Source: a virus
Taxonomy: Duplodnaviria > Caudoviricetes
Length of the DNA stretch: 25,137 bases
IMG/VR virus record: IMGVR_UViG_3300011337_000122
Span: 1-25,137 of that record
Strand: one strand, 5' to 3'
Under the pieces are notes generated by a model, which was given only the letters and a program-made list of their open reading frames with translations, was not told the origin of the DNA and did not search any database. Below, one piece after another: positions 24,812 to 25,137 of the stretch (position 1 is its first letter; each line of letters opens with the position of its first letter). The position numbers were made by a program, and so were the translations under genes.

Positions 24812-24886
24812 TGGTTGCGGGAGAAGGAATCGAACCTCCGACCTCTGGATTATGAGTCCAGTGCTCTACCGCTGCGCTATCCCGCG
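24812..24886 (-). tRNA. tRNA-Met (CAT), initiator-like acceptor stem
   Basis: CGCGGGA...TCCCGCA-A-CCA with C1xA72 mismatch; anticodon arm CTGGA-CTCATAA-TCCAG; T loop TTCGATT; 75 nt. Confidence 0.93.
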
Positions 24887-24933
24887 CTAGATGTTGTTAG
24901 CTATATATGCACACTATTCTTAATTTTGCCACA

Positions 24934-24942
24934 AGTATATCA
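24934..24942 (-). promoter_or_regulatory. Possible extended -10 promoter for the tRNA/late operon
   Basis: TG-A-TATACT in an AT-rich stretch ~48 nt upstream of tRNA-Met; no recognisable -35. Confidence 0.3.
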
Positions 24943-25137
24943 TAAGGTGTTTGAAAAATAGTAATTACTGTTGTGATATGCCCCACCTGTTAGAGACTGT
25001 GAGTCCCGTCCCGGTACCTACGTTCCTGATCCCAACGCCATAGCAGTCGTCGTACTCCCCAGCTATTCAAGTTCTTCAACACTTCGTGTATGCCATCCCT
25101 ATCCGGTGCGTACTTGAAGTGCATTAGCCACGCCCTA

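Noticed and set aside
25080-25121. Imperfect hairpin CACTTC...GAAGTG near the window end
   Set aside because: Bulged and modest in strength, no context; cannot be separated from chance without flanking sequence.

Overview
This window is the virion-morphogenesis and lysis arm of a tailed dsDNA phage. It is podovirus-like (no tube, sheath or full tape-measure gene in view), and the Rz/Rz1 spanin pair implies a Gram-negative host. All credible genes are on the minus strand. Read right to left: tRNA-Met(CAT), a structured spacer, tRNA-Trp(CCA), TerS, a small beta-rich insert gene, TerL, portal, Lys-rich proteins, scaffold, major capsid protein plus terminator, adaptors, fibre genes, a four-gene accessory block (two paralogous 2OG-Fe(II) oxygenase-like genes and a dUTPase-fold-like gene), holin/Rz/Rz1/M15 endolysin, a metallophosphoesterase, tail hub, a GNAT-fold protein and three probable ejection proteins; the last runs off the window and is missing from the ORF track. 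The most unusual signal is a peptide tag, [LMS]-A-[DN]-G-G, in flexible or terminal parts of five otherwise unrelated late proteins, with different codons. Two of them also share an N-terminal PDWxRxxxKK leader, and one carries a signal-peptide-less, Phe-terminated beta-strand cargo. I infer a leader/tag-based capsid-loading or proteolytic-processing system. A candidate H-type pseudoknot lies upstream of the scaffold gene. All family calls come from reading motifs by eye; no searches were run.
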